Notes: a model not told the origin generated them from the sequence alone. 64,000 nucleotides of DNA from an uncultured Verrucomicrobiae bacterium (GCA_963707025.1 CAVPOM010000013.1:32001-96000), one strand, 5' to 3'. Counted from the stretch's first letter, positions 21,065-31,392 are shown. Numbers and translations: made by a program.

Positions 21065-22429
21065 CTATTTGCCGATGCAAAACTGGCTGAAGATGGAGTC
21101 CAGCAGGTCTTCGGTGGTGGTTTTGCCCACGATCTCTCCGACGGCGTTGGCGGCAATGCGCAAATCCAGCGCGGCCAGTTCGAGCGTCAGGTTGGCGGAG
21201 AGCGCGGCGGCCGTCCGTTCGGTTGCCTCACGCGCGCGGCGCAGGGCGTCCTGATGACGGGCGTTGATCATGACTTGCAACATTTCCGCGCGAATTTCGC
21301 CTGCCCAAACGCGCTCTTTGATGGCGGTTTTTAATTCTTCCATGCCCTTGCCGGAAAGGCAGCAGACCGCCACGGCTTCCGGCGCGGCGGGCAATTGGAG
21401 AACTTGGGGCAAATCGGTCTTGTTGCGCACCAGGATGCGCGGTTTGCCGGGGAACTCGGCCAGGTGGGCTTGGTCGGCGGGGGTCAAGGGTGCGGAGGAG
21501 TCGAAGACATGCAAAATCAGTTCGGCCTCCGCCAGGCTCTGGCGGCTGCGGCGCACCCCTTCCTTTTCCAGTTCATTGGCCGACTCGCGCAGCCCGGCGG
21601 TGTCAATAAACAAAACGGGCAGGCCGCGGATGTTGGCCGTTTCCTCGATGGTGTCGCGCGTGGTGCCGGGGATGGGGGAAACGATGGCCCGGTCCCGGCC
21701 CAGCAACTGGTTGAGGAGGCTGGACTTGCCGGCGTTGGGCCGGCCGATGATCGCCGCGCGCAGGCCGCGCCGGAGAATCTGGCCCTCGCTGGCCGTGCGC
21801 AGCAGTTGGTCCATCAAACCCAGGGCGGCGCGCAACCGCGCCAGGAGTTGCGCACGCGTGTCCGGGGCGAGGTCTTCGTCCGGGAAATCAATCTGGGCCT
21901 CGAGGTGCGCGAGGATTTTGATCAGATCCTCGCGCAGGAGGTTGATGCGCCGGGAAAGCTGGCCGGCCAATTGTTCGCGGGCGGCGGCCAGGGCCAGTTC
22001 GGTGCGGGAATGGATGAGATCGGCCACCGCCTCGGCCTGGGCCAGGTCAAGGCGTCCGTTGAGAAAGGCGCGCCGGGTGAACTCGCCGGGGGTGGCCAGG
22101 CGCGCGCCGTTTTCCAGGAGGGTTTCCAGCACCAGCCGCGCCGGGAGGAGGCCGCCATGACAACTGATTTCCACCACGTCCTCGCGCGTGAAGGTGCGCG
22201 GGGCGCGCAGGACGCTGAGCAAAACTTCCTCCACCTCCCGGCCGTGCCGGACGATTTTTCCGAAATGGATGGTGTGGCTCGGCGCGGCGGAAGGGGGCAG
22301 GGAGGTTTTGCCGGCGGGGCGGAAACTGGCTTCGGCAATGGCCAGCGCGCGCGGGCCGGAGAGGCGGAGGACGGCCAGCCCGCCCTCGCCGAGCGGCGTG
22401 GCGATGGCGGTGATGGTATCGTCCAGCAT
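21065..22429 (-). CDS. mnmE: tRNA modification GTPase MnmE
   Basis: DTITAIATPLGEGG, GEFTRRAFLNGRLDL, GRPNAGKSS, GTTRD, DTAG, NKTD and C-terminal FCIGK. Confidence 0.97.
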   Translation of the reverse strand: MLDDTITAIATPLGEGGLAVLRLSGPRALAIAEASFRPAGKTSLPPSAAPSHTIHFGKIVRHGREVEEVLLSVLRAPRTFTREDVVEISCHGGLLPARLVLETLLENGARLATPGEFTRRAFLNGRLDLAQAEAVADLIHSRTELALAAAREQLAGQLSRRINLLREDLIKILAHLEAQIDFPDEDLAPDTRAQLLARLRAALGLMDQLLRTASEGQILRRGLRAAIIGRPNAGKSSLLNQLLGRDRAIVSPIPGTTRDTIEETANIRGLPVLFIDTAGLRESANELEKEGVRRSRQSLAEAELILHVFDSSAPLTPADQAHLAEFPGKPRILVRNKTDLPQVLQLPAAPEAVAVCCLSGKGMEELKTAIKERVWAGEIRAEMLQVMINARHQDALRRAREATERTAAALSANLTLELAALDLRIAANAVGEIVGKTTTEDLLDSIFSQFCIGK

Positions 22430-22448
22430 AATGGGGCCGGCGCCGCTT

Positions 22449-22676
22449 TCAGCGGCCGGCGTTTTCCTGCAGCCACACGCGGGCCTTCCGGCAGCTTTTT
22501 CTTTGCAGAAAATGGCGCAACTGCGCATCGGCGGAGTCGGGCAACTGTTTGGCCAGTTCATCCAGCCGGGCAAAGAGCGGGCGCAGATCCGGTTTGGGGT
22601 TCGCCGCCGGCATGGCTTCCGCCGCCCGTTCCAGTTGCAGGAGCGTTTCCAAAAGCTGCTTTTCAATTTCGGTCAT
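22449..22676 (-). CDS. Small hypothetical protein
   Basis: 75-aa helical ORF directly upstream of mnmE (LFARLDELAKQLP...LRHFLQRKS). Confidence 0.65.
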   Translation of the reverse strand: MTEIEKQLLETLLQLERAAEAMPAANPKPDLRPLFARLDELAKQLPDSADAQLRHFLQRKSCRKARVWLQENAGR

Positions 22677-22816
22677 CCCACAAAACTACGGCACGCCAAA
22701 AAGCATGGCAACCAGATTGCGGATCGTTCAACCTCCGTAATCCCGAAGGAATCGGGGCGGAGCAAGGTGGATGGGAACTGGTTGCGAAAGCTTTTAAATG
22801 GGGTAGAATTTTTTCC

Positions 22817-23047
22817 ATGAAAGCGACCGCCGCCAAAGTTGAACTGTTTCTCACGGATGCCAAAGGCAATCGCACAGGGGTGGTACTCGACCTGAGCACC
22901 TACCAGCGTCTGCGCGAAGCCGAAGAGGAATTGGCTGAGATTCAGGCTTACGATGCGGCGCGGCCCAAGGTATTGTCGGAAATCGCCGCCGGGCATTTCA
23001 TTGAACTGCGTGAATATCGCGCGGGTCGCGGCCGCAAACCGAAATGA
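22817..23047 (+). CDS. Putative antitoxin (RelB-like)
   Basis: 76 aa, TDAKGNRTGVVLDL...EEELAEIQAYDAA; ATGA overlap with the relE-like gene. Confidence 0.75.
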   Translation: MKATAAKVELFLTDAKGNRTGVVLDLSTYQRLREAEEELAEIQAYDAARPKVLSEIAAGHFIELREYRAGRGRKPK

Positions 23048-23298
23048 GATACCGTGTTATCCTGCCCAAATCGGTGCAAAAGAAACTGGACCGTTTGCCA
23101 GATGACATTGCCAACCGGGTTTTAGTGCGCCTCGCCGCACTGGAGACAAATCCCCGGCCACCGGACGTTAAGAAACTGAAGGGACGCAATGGATGGCGGA
23201 TTCGCATCAGCGACTACCGGGTAATCTATGAAATCCAGGACCCTGCGCTGCAAGTCCTCGTGATCACGTTAGGGCACCGGCGCGAAGTGTATCATTAA
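23044..23298 (+). CDS. relE: RelE/ParE family toxin
   Basis: NPRPPDVKKLKG..WRIRISDYRVIYEI...LGHRREVY. Confidence 0.9.
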   Translation: MRYRVILPKSVQKKLDRLPDDIANRVLVRLAALETNPRPPDVKKLKGRNGWRIRISDYRVIYEIQDPALQVLVITLGHRREVYH

Positions 23299-23313
23299 TT
23301 CCAAATTCAGCAG

Positions 23314-25164
23314 TTGATTTTGAACCACCCAAAAGCTCAGCAAGCCGAAAGCAAGGCCGCCAGTTTCCTGGGCATCGAATGCGGCGGGACGCGCACGGTC
23401 GTTTTGGCGGGTCCGGGCGCCGGCGGGGAGTATCGGCGTGCTGAGTTTGGCCCGGCCAATCTCCGCTTGCTGGACGACTCCCGGCTGGCCCAACATTTCC
23501 AGGCGATCAACCGGGCCGTGTCCACGCGGCCCGCTGGCATGGTCATCGGCATGGCCGGGGCGCGCACGGAGCAGGACCGGCGCCGGATTCGCGCGGCGGC
23601 CGGGAAGGTGTGGCCAAAAACTCCTGTATATGTGACAAATGACCTGGAGACCGCGCTTGCCGCCGCGGAGGGAGAGGACGGAGGGCAACTATCAGCGCAG
23701 GTTTTGATTCTCAGCGGCACGGGGTCGTGTTGTTTAGGGCGGCGGCGGGGAGCCAAGGGTGGGACGGTCCGCCTGGGCGGCTGGGGACATATCCTGGGGG
23801 ACACCGGCAGCGGTTACCAAATCGGGTTGCGCGCTTTGCAGGCCGTGGTCGGGGGATTGGACCACAATGGCAAATGGCCCCGCTTGGGCGAAAGCATACT
23901 ACAGGTGCTACAATTGCATGAGCCGGACGATTTGATTGATTGGGCGAGGGACGCGGCCAAGGCGGAGGTCGCGGCGCTGGCGCGGACGGTCTTTGACGCC
24001 GCGGCCAAAGGAGACCCGATGGCGCGCCGGATTTTGTGGTTTGCCGCGGAGTCGCTGGCGGCCAGCGGCGCCAGTTGCGCGCGGCGTCTGGTGCAACGCG
24101 GCGCGCCGGTGGAATTCATTCTCTCCGGCAGCATTCTGTTGCACCAGCCGGGTTTCGCCCGGAAAGTGGGCGCGCGCTTGCGGCGGCACTGGCCCGGCGC
24201 GCAGGTCAGGCGGTTGCGGCGGGAGAGTGTCTGGGGGGCCATCGAGCTGGCCCAGGCGCATTTTGGCGGGGTCAAGCCGGGCAAATCTCATGAGGCTGTC
24301 ACGCGCGCCGCAAGGCCGGACGCGCCGCAAATCCTTCCATTTTCCAAGGCCTTGCCGCCAACTGAGCAGCGCAATCCGCGCTCGCGGCATTTGGACACCA
24401 TGCCCCTGGCCAGGGCCGTGGCGCTGATGATCAAAGAGGAATCGGCCGTCGGCGCGGCCATTTTCAAGGAAAGGCGCAAGATTCAACGCGCGGTGGAGAT
24501 CATCGCCCATTGCCTGGGGCGGGGCGGGCGGCTGTTTTACGCGGGAGCGGGCACGAGCGGACGGCTGGGGGTTTTGGACGCGTCGGAATGTCCGCCCACA
24601 TTCCGGCTGGCGCCCGACCGGGTGCAGGGGATCATCGCCGGCGGGCGCCCGGCCCTCTGGCAATCGGTGGAAGGGGCGGAGGACGATGCCGCGGCGGGAG
24701 CGGCGGCCCTGCTCCACCGGGGAGTCAACAAGAGCGATGTGCTGGTGGGCATCGCCGCCAGCGGGCGGACGCCTTTTGTCTGGGGCGCCCTGCGGGCGGC
24801 GCGGGAGCGGGGCGCGCGCACCATCCTGCTCTGCTGCCATCCGCGCCTGGAAATTCCGGCGGCGCAACGGCCGGACCTGGTCATCGCGCCGAACACCGGG
24901 CCGGAGGTGTTGACCGGTTCGACCCGCCTGAAAGCCGGGACGGCGACCAAGGTGATCCTGAATATTCTCACCACCCTGGCCATGGTGCGGTTGGGCAAAG
25001 TCATGGGCAACTTGATGGTGGACCTGGATGCTTCCAATGAAAAACTGCGCGACCGGGCCATTCGCATCGTGCAAACCCTCACCGGCGCCCGGCCCGCCGC
25101 CGCCCGCGCCGCGCTCGAAGCAGCCAAGTGGCTCGTGCCGGCCGCGTGTCAAAAACTCAAATAA
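23314..25164 (+). CDS. murQ: Fusion of BadF/BadG/BcrA/BcrD-type amino-sugar kinase and N-acetylmuramic acid 6-phosphate etherase
   Basis: N-terminal LGIECGGTRT, ILSGTGS and GGWGHILGDTGSGY; C-terminal TEQRNPRS, GAGTSGRLGVLDASECPPTF and GPEVLTGSTRLKAGTATK. Confidence 0.9.
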   Translation: MILNHPKAQQAESKAASFLGIECGGTRTVVLAGPGAGGEYRRAEFGPANLRLLDDSRLAQHFQAINRAVSTRPAGMVIGMAGARTEQDRRRIRAAAGKVWPKTPVYVTNDLETALAAAEGEDGGQLSAQVLILSGTGSCCLGRRRGAKGGTVRLGGWGHILGDTGSGYQIGLRALQAVVGGLDHNGKWPRLGESILQVLQLHEPDDLIDWARDAAKAEVAALARTVFDAAAKGDPMARRILWFAAESLAASGASCARRLVQRGAPVEFILSGSILLHQPGFARKVGARLRRHWPGAQVRRLRRESVWGAIELAQAHFGGVKPGKSHEAVTRAARPDAPQILPFSKALPPTEQRNPRSRHLDTMPLARAVALMIKEESAVGAAIFKERRKIQRAVEIIAHCLGRGGRLFYAGAGTSGRLGVLDASECPPTFRLAPDRVQGIIAGGRPALWQSVEGAEDDAAAGAAALLHRGVNKSDVLVGIAASGRTPFVWGALRAARERGARTILLCCHPRLEIPAAQRPDLVIAPNTGPEVLTGSTRLKAGTATKVILNILTTLAMVRLGKVMGNLMVDLDASNEKLRDRAIRIVQTLTGARPAAARAALEAAKWLVPAACQKLK

Positions 25165-25205
25165 TCAGTCTTCCCTTTTTTTGGGCGGCATGGTTAACTT
25201 GTCTA

Positions 25206-25544
25206 ATGAACCTTGGTGAGAGCATTTGGGACAGGCTTACCCGCCTGGTCCTGGGCCTGGTGGTGGCGGCGGTGCTGCTGGGCCTGGCCCTCTGGTACCA
25301 GCCGGTCATCAACACCAACCGGGGGATGCGGGCGCGCAAGCTGGAGTTGGATCAAAAAATTGCGGTGGAAACAGAGACGGCCAGGAAATTGCAGGCCGCC
25401 CTGCACGCCATGCAGGACCCAAAAACGGTCGAGCGCCTGGCGCGCGAACGGCTCAGTTACGCCAAACCGGGCGAAGAAGTGATTCTGTTTGAACCGCCCG
25501 CCCCGACCAACAATCCGCCGGTCTCCACCACCCTCCTGCCGTAA
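25206..25544 (+). CDS. Septum formation initiator (FtsB/DivIC family)
   Basis: Single TM, coiled coil, then VERLARERLSYAKPGE. Confidence 0.8.
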   Translation: MNLGESIWDRLTRLVLGLVVAAVLLGLALWYQPVINTNRGMRARKLELDQKIAVETETARKLQAALHAMQDPKTVERLARERLSYAKPGEEVILFEPPAPTNNPPVSTTLLP

Positions 25545-25558
25545 GCCTCCCCGCCGCC

Positions 25559-26119
25559 TCAGACCGTCATGATTTCTTTTTCCTTCGCCGCCAGATGGGC
25601 GTCTATTCTGGCGATGTATTGATCGGTTAATTTCTGGATTTCTTTTTCCGCTGTTTCCACCTGGTCCTTGGCCACGCCGCCGGCTTTGGCTTCCTTGCGG
25701 ACGGCTTCGATGGCGTCGCGACGGACATGACGGACGGCCACGCGGCCGTCTTCGGCCAGTTTGTGGGTGATTTTGACCATTTCCTGGCGGCGTTCGGTGC
25801 TCAGTTCGGGCAGGACCAGGCGGATGGTCTTGCCTTGCACGGCGGGGTTGACGCCCAGACTGCTCTTTTGGATGGCCTTCTCAATGGGGTGGACGGTGCT
25901 GGCGTCCCAGGGCGAAATGAGGAGCATGCGCGGTTCGGGAACGGTGATGCCGGCCAGTTCGCGGATGCGCATGTGCGAGCCATACACTTCGACCATGATG
26001 TTCTCCACCAGCACGGGCGAGGCCTTGCCCGTGCGGATGCCGGAAAATTCATGCTGCACCACTTCCTCCGTTTTGATCATCTTTTCTTCTGCTTCCAAAA
26101 TTGCGTCGTCCAGAGCCAT
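25559..26119 (-). CDS. frr: Ribosome recycling factor
   Basis: IRTGKASP, PELSTERR and KEKEIMTV. Confidence 0.97.
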   Translation of the reverse strand: MALDDAILEAEEKMIKTEEVVQHEFSGIRTGKASPVLVENIMVEVYGSHMRIRELAGITVPEPRMLLISPWDASTVHPIEKAIQKSSLGVNPAVQGKTIRLVLPELSTERRQEMVKITHKLAEDGRVAVRHVRRDAIEAVRKEAKAGGVAKDQVETAEKEIQKLTDQYIARIDAHLAAKEKEIMTV

Positions 26120-26136
26120 AGTATTAAAAGAGTTGA

Positions 26137-26157
26137 GGGTTGCGGGTTGCGGGTTGG
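26137..26157. repeat. Heptamer tandem repeat (GGGTTGC x3, last imperfect) between pyrH and frr
   Basis: gggttgc gggttgc gggttgg. Confidence 0.7.
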
Positions 26158-26167
26158 CCCCGGGTCG

Positions 26168-26890
26168 TCAGCCGACCACCAGGGTGCCGACTCTTTCGCC
26201 GAGGACCACGCGCTTGAGGTTGTGGGCCTTGAATACGTCGAAAACGATGATCGGCATTTTGTTGTCCATGCAGAGCGAAAACGCGGTGGAATCCATCACC
26301 TTCAATTGTTTTTGCAGCGCTTCCAGATAGGAGATTTGCGTGTAACGCCTGGCCCCGGCGCTGGTCTTCGGGTCCGCGTCGTAGATCCCGTCCACTTTGG
26401 TGGCCTTGAGAATGACTTCGGCGCCGATTTCGTTGGCGCGCAGGGCCGCGGCGGTATCGGTGGAAAAATAGGGATTGCCCGTGCCGCCGCCGAAAATGAC
26501 GACCCGGTCCTTCTCCAAATGCCGCACGGCGCGGCGCCGGATGAACGGCTCGGCCACCTGCGACATGGCGATGGCGCTCTGCACCCGGGTGGCGACGCCC
26601 AGCTTCTCCAGCGCGTCCTGCAAGGCCAGGGCGTTGATCACCGTGGCCAGCATGCCCATGTAATCCCCGGTGGCCCGCTCGATGCCGTGCCGGCCGGCGG
26701 ACAGGCCGCGAAAGATATTGCCGCCGCCGACCACCACCACGACTTGGACGCCCAGTTGGCGGACTTCGCAGATCTGGCGGGCCATTTCGTGGATGGCTTC
26801 GGCGCAAATACCGATGCGCCCGGCGCCGCCCAGCGATTCACCGCTGATCTTGAGGAGGATGCGCCGGTATTTGGGTTGGGGCTTTTTCAT
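26168..26890 (-). CDS. pyrH: UMP kinase
   Basis: [29 protein letters not shown] and [10 protein letters not shown]. Confidence 0.97.
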   Translation of the reverse strand: MKKPQPKYRRILLKISGESLGGAGRIGICAEAIHEMARQICEVRQLGVQVVVVVGGGNIFRGLSAGRHGIERATGDYMGMLATVINALALQDALEKLGVATRVQSAIAMSQVAEPFIRRRAVRHLEKDRVVIFGGGTGNPYFSTDTAAALRANEIGAEVILKATKVDGIYDADPKTSAGARRYTQISYLEALQKQLKVMDSTAFSLCMDNKMPIIVFDVFKAHNLKRVVLGERVGTLVVG

Positions 26891-27033
26891 GGGCCGGCGG
26901 CATACTAATGATTCCCCGGCCCACCGTCAAGATGGTGGATTGGCTGAATTCGGCTTGGCCAATTTGCGTCCAAGACTCCGGCGGCGCCATTGCCAAACCT
27001 ATCACCACCATCCTCCACAAAAAGGAAATCTTC

Positions 27034-27513
27034 ATGAATATCTGCAAAATAATGTTCCGATCCCTCCTGGTCCTCGGTCTCGGATGCGGTTGCCTGTTGC
27101 CCTTTGCCCATGCCAGGGGCGCGGCGGGCGCCCCCGCCCCGCTTCCCGACATCATCCAGAAAGGTTTCAGCTTGTGGGCCAAAAACCGCCAGGCCTCCTG
27201 GGCCTTTGATGCCTGGAAAATCGGCGGTCTCATGGAGCAGGACACCAAGGCCGACACCCTCTCCCGATACTTCTCCCGGATAGACCTGACCCTGGGCAGT
27301 TACAAATCCTACGAGGTCGTTGAAACCAAGCGCATCAGCCAGAATTCAGGGGTCATTTACCTCTCCGTCAACTTCGACCGCGCCGTCCTGTTCGGCCGGT
27401 TCATGATGTATCGGACCGACAAGGATTGGGTGGTGCAAAACATGGATTTCAGCCCCAAGCCCGAGGCCATGATGCCGTGGCTGGCCTTCGAGGGGGAGAC
27501 TTATACGCAATAA
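27034..27513 (+). CDS. Hypothetical exported protein
   Basis: AAGGA RBS, signal-peptide-like N-terminus, coding-like composition. Confidence 0.7.
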   Translation: MNICKIMFRSLLVLGLGCGCLLPFAHARGAAGAPAPLPDIIQKGFSLWAKNRQASWAFDAWKIGGLMEQDTKADTLSRYFSRIDLTLGSYKSYEVVETKRISQNSGVIYLSVNFDRAVLFGRFMMYRTDKDWVVQNMDFSPKPEAMMPWLAFEGETYTQ

Positions 27514-27568
27514 GATGGCCGGTCCTTTTTCAGGAGCTGGCAAAGACGGCTGGAACTCATCGGACCGC

Positions 27569-28441
27569 TCAGGCCGTTGCGCCGGAGGGCGCGGCCTCAG
27601 GCGCCAGGGTTTCACCGACTTGGAAGCGGGCGAAACGGCGAATGGCAATTTCATCGCCCAATTGCTTGGCAATGCCGCCAATGTGCTCTTTGATGGAAAT
27701 CTCCGAGTTGCGCTTGACGAATCCCTGGTCCACCAGGCAGCAGGTCTGAAAATACTTTTCCAATTTGCCTTCCACTATTTTCGCGATGGCCTGCGGCGGC
27801 TTGTTCTTGACCTGTTCGGCGGCGATTTCCCGCTCCTTGGCGACCAGGCCGGCCGGGAGCTGTTCGCGCGAAACCACCGACGGGCTGCCCGCGGCAATCT
27901 GCAAGGTGATGTCCCGCACCAATTGCTTGAAGTCTTCGTGGGCCACGGTGCTTTCCTTGCCCGCGCCCACTTCCACCAGCACGCCAACCTTGGCCCCGGT
28001 GTGGATGTAGGCGGCAATCATGCCGTTGCCGGATACCTCGTAACGAATGAAGCGGGGGACCTGGATGTTCTCCCCGATTTTGGCCACGGCGGCGACGCGA
28101 TCCGTTTCCAAGTCCGCCAGGCTGGCCCCGGCCGCCAGCTTGCGGCTGATCTCGTCGGCGAAAGCGCGGAAGGTCTCGTTGCGGGCCACGAAGTCGGTCT
28201 CGCAGTTGATCTCCACCAGGACGCCCGCCCCGGCCCCGGCCTGGATGTTCTGGGCAATGACCCCTTCCTTGGTGGCGCGGGTGGCTTTTCTGGCCGCGGA
28301 GGCCTGGCCTTTCTTGCGCAGCAGGTCCACTGCCGCCTCCATTTTCCCCTTGGCTTCGGTCAGCGCCTTTTTGCAATCCATCAAGCCCGCCCCGGTCATT
28401 TCCCGCAACTTGCCTACGTCTCCAGCAGTAAATTCAGCCAT
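27569..28441 (-). CDS. tsf: Elongation factor Ts
   Basis: LREMTGAGLMDCKKAL and EINCETDFVARN. Confidence 0.97.
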   Translation of the reverse strand: MAEFTAGDVGKLREMTGAGLMDCKKALTEAKGKMEAAVDLLRKKGQASAARKATRATKEGVIAQNIQAGAGAGVLVEINCETDFVARNETFRAFADEISRKLAAGASLADLETDRVAAVAKIGENIQVPRFIRYEVSGNGMIAAYIHTGAKVGVLVEVGAGKESTVAHEDFKQLVRDITLQIAAGSPSVVSREQLPAGLVAKEREIAAEQVKNKPPQAIAKIVEGKLEKYFQTCCLVDQGFVKRNSEISIKEHIGGIAKQLGDEIAIRRFARFQVGETLAPEAAPSGATA

Positions 28442-28492
28442 GATCTCAGATAGTTGGTGGTTAATTAAAATTGCCGACGGCCCCCTGCCCGA

Positions 28493-29314
28493 TCAGGGAG
28501 CGGCCATGACGGGGACTTCCACCGCCGCCAGGGCCGCCGGCGTCGGGGCGGTGGCGGGCGCGGCGGGCGCGCCGGGCGCGGCAGGCGCGGCTTCGGTTTG
28601 TTCGGCTTTTTTGCGGCCGTATTTGGCTTCGTATTCGCCGCGGGCCTGCAGGACGACTTGAACGACCGTCTGCAAAATCAGGCGGACGGAGCGGATGGCG
28701 TCATCATTGCCGGCGATGGGGTAAGTGACCAGTTCCGGATCGCAATTGGTGTCCACCAGGGCGACAATCGGGATTTTCAGGCGGCGGCCTTCGGCCACGG
28801 CGTTGTGCTCGCGTTTGATGTCCACCACAAACATGGCGGCGGGGTATTTGTCCATGGAGCGGATGCCGTCCAGGTTCTTGAACAGGCGGGCCGCTTCGCG
28901 GCGGTACATGGATTGCTCCTGTTTGCCGTAATTGTTGATCGTGCCGTCGGTTTCCCATTTCTCAATGGTTTTCAGGCGCGCGATGGAGCGTTTGATGGTG
29001 TTGAAATTGGTCAGCGTGCCGCCCAGCCAGCGCTCGGTGACGTAGAGCTGGCCGCAGGACTTGGCCGACTCTTTGACCGCTTCCTGGGCCTGCTTCTTGG
29101 TGCCGACGAACAGCACGCTGCCGCCTTTGGCCACGATCGAGTGCAGGTAATCGCAGGCCGCTTCCAGTTGGGCCAGCGATTTGCTCAGGTCAATGATGTG
29201 GATGCCGTTGCGGGCGTCGAAGATGAACGGCTTCATCTTGGGGTTCCAACGCCGCGTCTGATGCCCGAAATGGACGCCCGCGTCCAATAATTCCTTAATG
29301 CCTATACTGATCAC
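28493..29314 (-). CDS. rpsB: 30S ribosomal protein S2
   Basis: LLDAGVHFGHQTRRWNPKM, RWLGGTLTN and GNDDAIRS; GTG start inferred. Confidence 0.97.
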   Translation of the reverse strand: MISIGIKELLDAGVHFGHQTRRWNPKMKPFIFDARNGIHIIDLSKSLAQLEAACDYLHSIVAKGGSVLFVGTKKQAQEAVKESAKSCGQLYVTERWLGGTLTNFNTIKRSIARLKTIEKWETDGTINNYGKQEQSMYRREAARLFKNLDGIRSMDKYPAAMFVVDIKREHNAVAEGRRLKIPIVALVDTNCDPELVTYPIAGNDDAIRSVRLILQTVVQVVLQARGEYEAKYGRKKAEQTEAAPAAPGAPAAPATAPTPAALAAVEVPVMAAP

Positions 29315-29627
29315 AGTTTTCCTTTGGTTGAAAGTTCGCGGCGCCCGGAGGCGGCGAACCATCCCGCGGAACACGGGATTAATTTAAGTGTTATTGTGGC
29401 CGCCCGCCTTCACACGAAGACGGATTACAAGGCCGTTCCCCCTTTGCCAACTTTGGCAAAGGGATTGGGAAGGTAGCAGAATCCAAGCCCAACGCCAACT
29501 TTTTTTTCAGCTAAATCTCACGTCTCCAAAAAAGGCCGCATGACAAAGCTCTTCACCTCATTTGTCCCATCCTTCCCATCCGTCCTATTCTTTGCAAATC
29601 CAACCCAGTACAGGTAAATAGTGGCTT

Positions 29628-31214
29628 ATGAAACTTGAAGGCCTTTCCATTCTGGGACGCAAACGGGTCAAGCCGTCCGGCGAGTCGGTCTCATACGCCA
29701 ATCCAGCCACCGGCGCGGCGCTGGAGCCGGCTTATTACCACGCCACCACGCGCGACGCGCGGCGGGCCGTGCAACTGGCGGCCAGGGCCTTCGCCCAATA
29801 CGGCCGCTGGCCCGGCTCGCGCAAAGCCGCCCTCCTCCGCCGCATCGCCGAATTGATCGAAGCCAACGCCGCCGCCATCCAGGAACGCGCCCGCCAGGAA
29901 ACCGCCCTCGCGCCGGGGCGCTTGCAAGCCGAGACTGGGCGGACCTGCGCCCAATTGCGGCTGTTCGCGGCGCTGGTGGAAGAAGGTTCATGGGTGGGCG
30001 CGCGCATTGATCACGCGGACCCGAACCGCCAACCGGCGGCCAAGCCGGACGTGCGCATGATGTCGGCGCCGTTGGGTCCGGTCGTGGTTTTCAGCTCGAG
30101 CAATTTTCCCCTCGCCTTTTCCGTTGCGGGAGGTGACACCGCCTCCGCGCTGGCGGCGGGCTGTCCGGTCATCGTCAAAGCGCACCAGGGCCATCCGGGG
30201 ACATCCGAGATGGTCGCGCAACTGGTCCAGCAGGCCGCCGCCGAATGTGGCGCGCCGGAGGGCGTGTTCTCCATGCTCTATGGGGCGGGCTCCAAAGTGG
30301 GCCTGGCGCTGGTCAGGAATCCGGCGGTCAAGGCCGTCGGCTTCACTGGGTCCCGCACGGCAGGACGCGCCCTGATGGACGCGGCGGCGCGGCGCCATGA
30401 ACCGATCCCGGTCTATGCCGAAATGGGCAGCGTTAATCCGGTGTTCTTGCTGCCGGAAGCTTTGCAACAGAAGCCCGAAGAACTGGCCGCGGGCCTGCAT
30501 GGGTCTTTCACTCTGGGCACCGGACAATTCTGCACCAAGCCGGGATTGGTTTTTGTGGAAGACGGGCCGGCGGCCCAAACGTTTTTGCGGAAGCTGGAAA
30601 ACCTGGCGGCGGCCACGCCACCCGGCGCCATGCTGACCCCGGGCCTGTGCGCCGCTTTCCGGGAAGGGGTGGAGGCGTTCGCAAAAATCGCCGGCGTGCG
30701 GCGCGCGGGGGCGGTCAACGCCGGCCCCGGGCCGGGCCAGGCCCAGGCGGGCGCCTCGGTCTTTGTCACCGACGCCGCCATTTTTTTGGGCCAGCCGGGT
30801 TTGATGGAGGAAGTCTTCGGGCCGTCCACGCTGGTGGTCACGTGCGCCTCGCGCGACCAGATGCTCGCCGCGGCGCAGCAATTGGAAGGACAACTGACCG
30901 CGACCGTCCACGGCACGGCCGGGGAGGTGGGCGCCTGGCGCGATTTGTTGACCGTGCTGGAAAGCAGGGCCTGGCTGGTCTGCAATGCCTTTCCCACCGG
31001 AGTGGAAGTTTGCCCCGCCATGGTCCACGGCGGGCCTTACCCGGCGACCGCGGACGGCCGTTCCACCTCGGTTGGGACGCTGGCCATCCAACGTTTTGTG
31101 CGTCCAGTGTGTTACCAGGGCTTTCCAGACGCCGCGCTGCCGGCGGAGCTGCAGGAGGCTAACCCGCTGGGCATCCACCGCCTGGTGGATGGGAAGATGG
31201 AAAAATTGCTGTAG
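29628..31214 (+). CDS. NAD(P)+-dependent aldehyde dehydrogenase (alpha-ketoglutaric semialdehyde dehydrogenase-like)
   Basis: SNFPLAFSVAGGDTASALAAG, GFTGS, EMGSVNP, GQFCTKPG, EEVFGP and HGGPYPAT. Confidence 0.9.
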   Translation: MKLEGLSILGRKRVKPSGESVSYANPATGAALEPAYYHATTRDARRAVQLAARAFAQYGRWPGSRKAALLRRIAELIEANAAAIQERARQETALAPGRLQAETGRTCAQLRLFAALVEEGSWVGARIDHADPNRQPAAKPDVRMMSAPLGPVVVFSSSNFPLAFSVAGGDTASALAAGCPVIVKAHQGHPGTSEMVAQLVQQAAAECGAPEGVFSMLYGAGSKVGLALVRNPAVKAVGFTGSRTAGRALMDAAARRHEPIPVYAEMGSVNPVFLLPEALQQKPEELAAGLHGSFTLGTGQFCTKPGLVFVEDGPAAQTFLRKLENLAAATPPGAMLTPGLCAAFREGVEAFAKIAGVRRAGAVNAGPGPGQAQAGASVFVTDAAIFLGQPGLMEEVFGPSTLVVTCASRDQMLAAAQQLEGQLTATVHGTAGEVGAWRDLLTVLESRAWLVCNAFPTGVEVCPAMVHGGPYPATADGRSTSVGTLAIQRFVRPVCYQGFPDAALPAELQEANPLGIHRLVDGKMEKLL

Positions 31215-31278
31215 CGGCGGTCTATGACCGTCGCAAATCAAAAACCGCGAAAGATCGCCGGTCATGAACGCCGCTACA
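31210..31278. repeat. GTAG-type REP doublet (REPIN-like)
   Basis: tgtagcggcggtctatgaccg ... cggtcatgaacgccgctaca inverted pair. Confidence 0.75.
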
Positions 31279-31392
31279 ATCGTGGACGCGCGTTTTGCAG
31301 AAGTCTCCATTTATCATTTTGCATCACAGCCATCCCACAGGAAATTGGAAAAAAGTGTTGGCTTGACCATTTGAACCTGCCACAAGGCAGGC

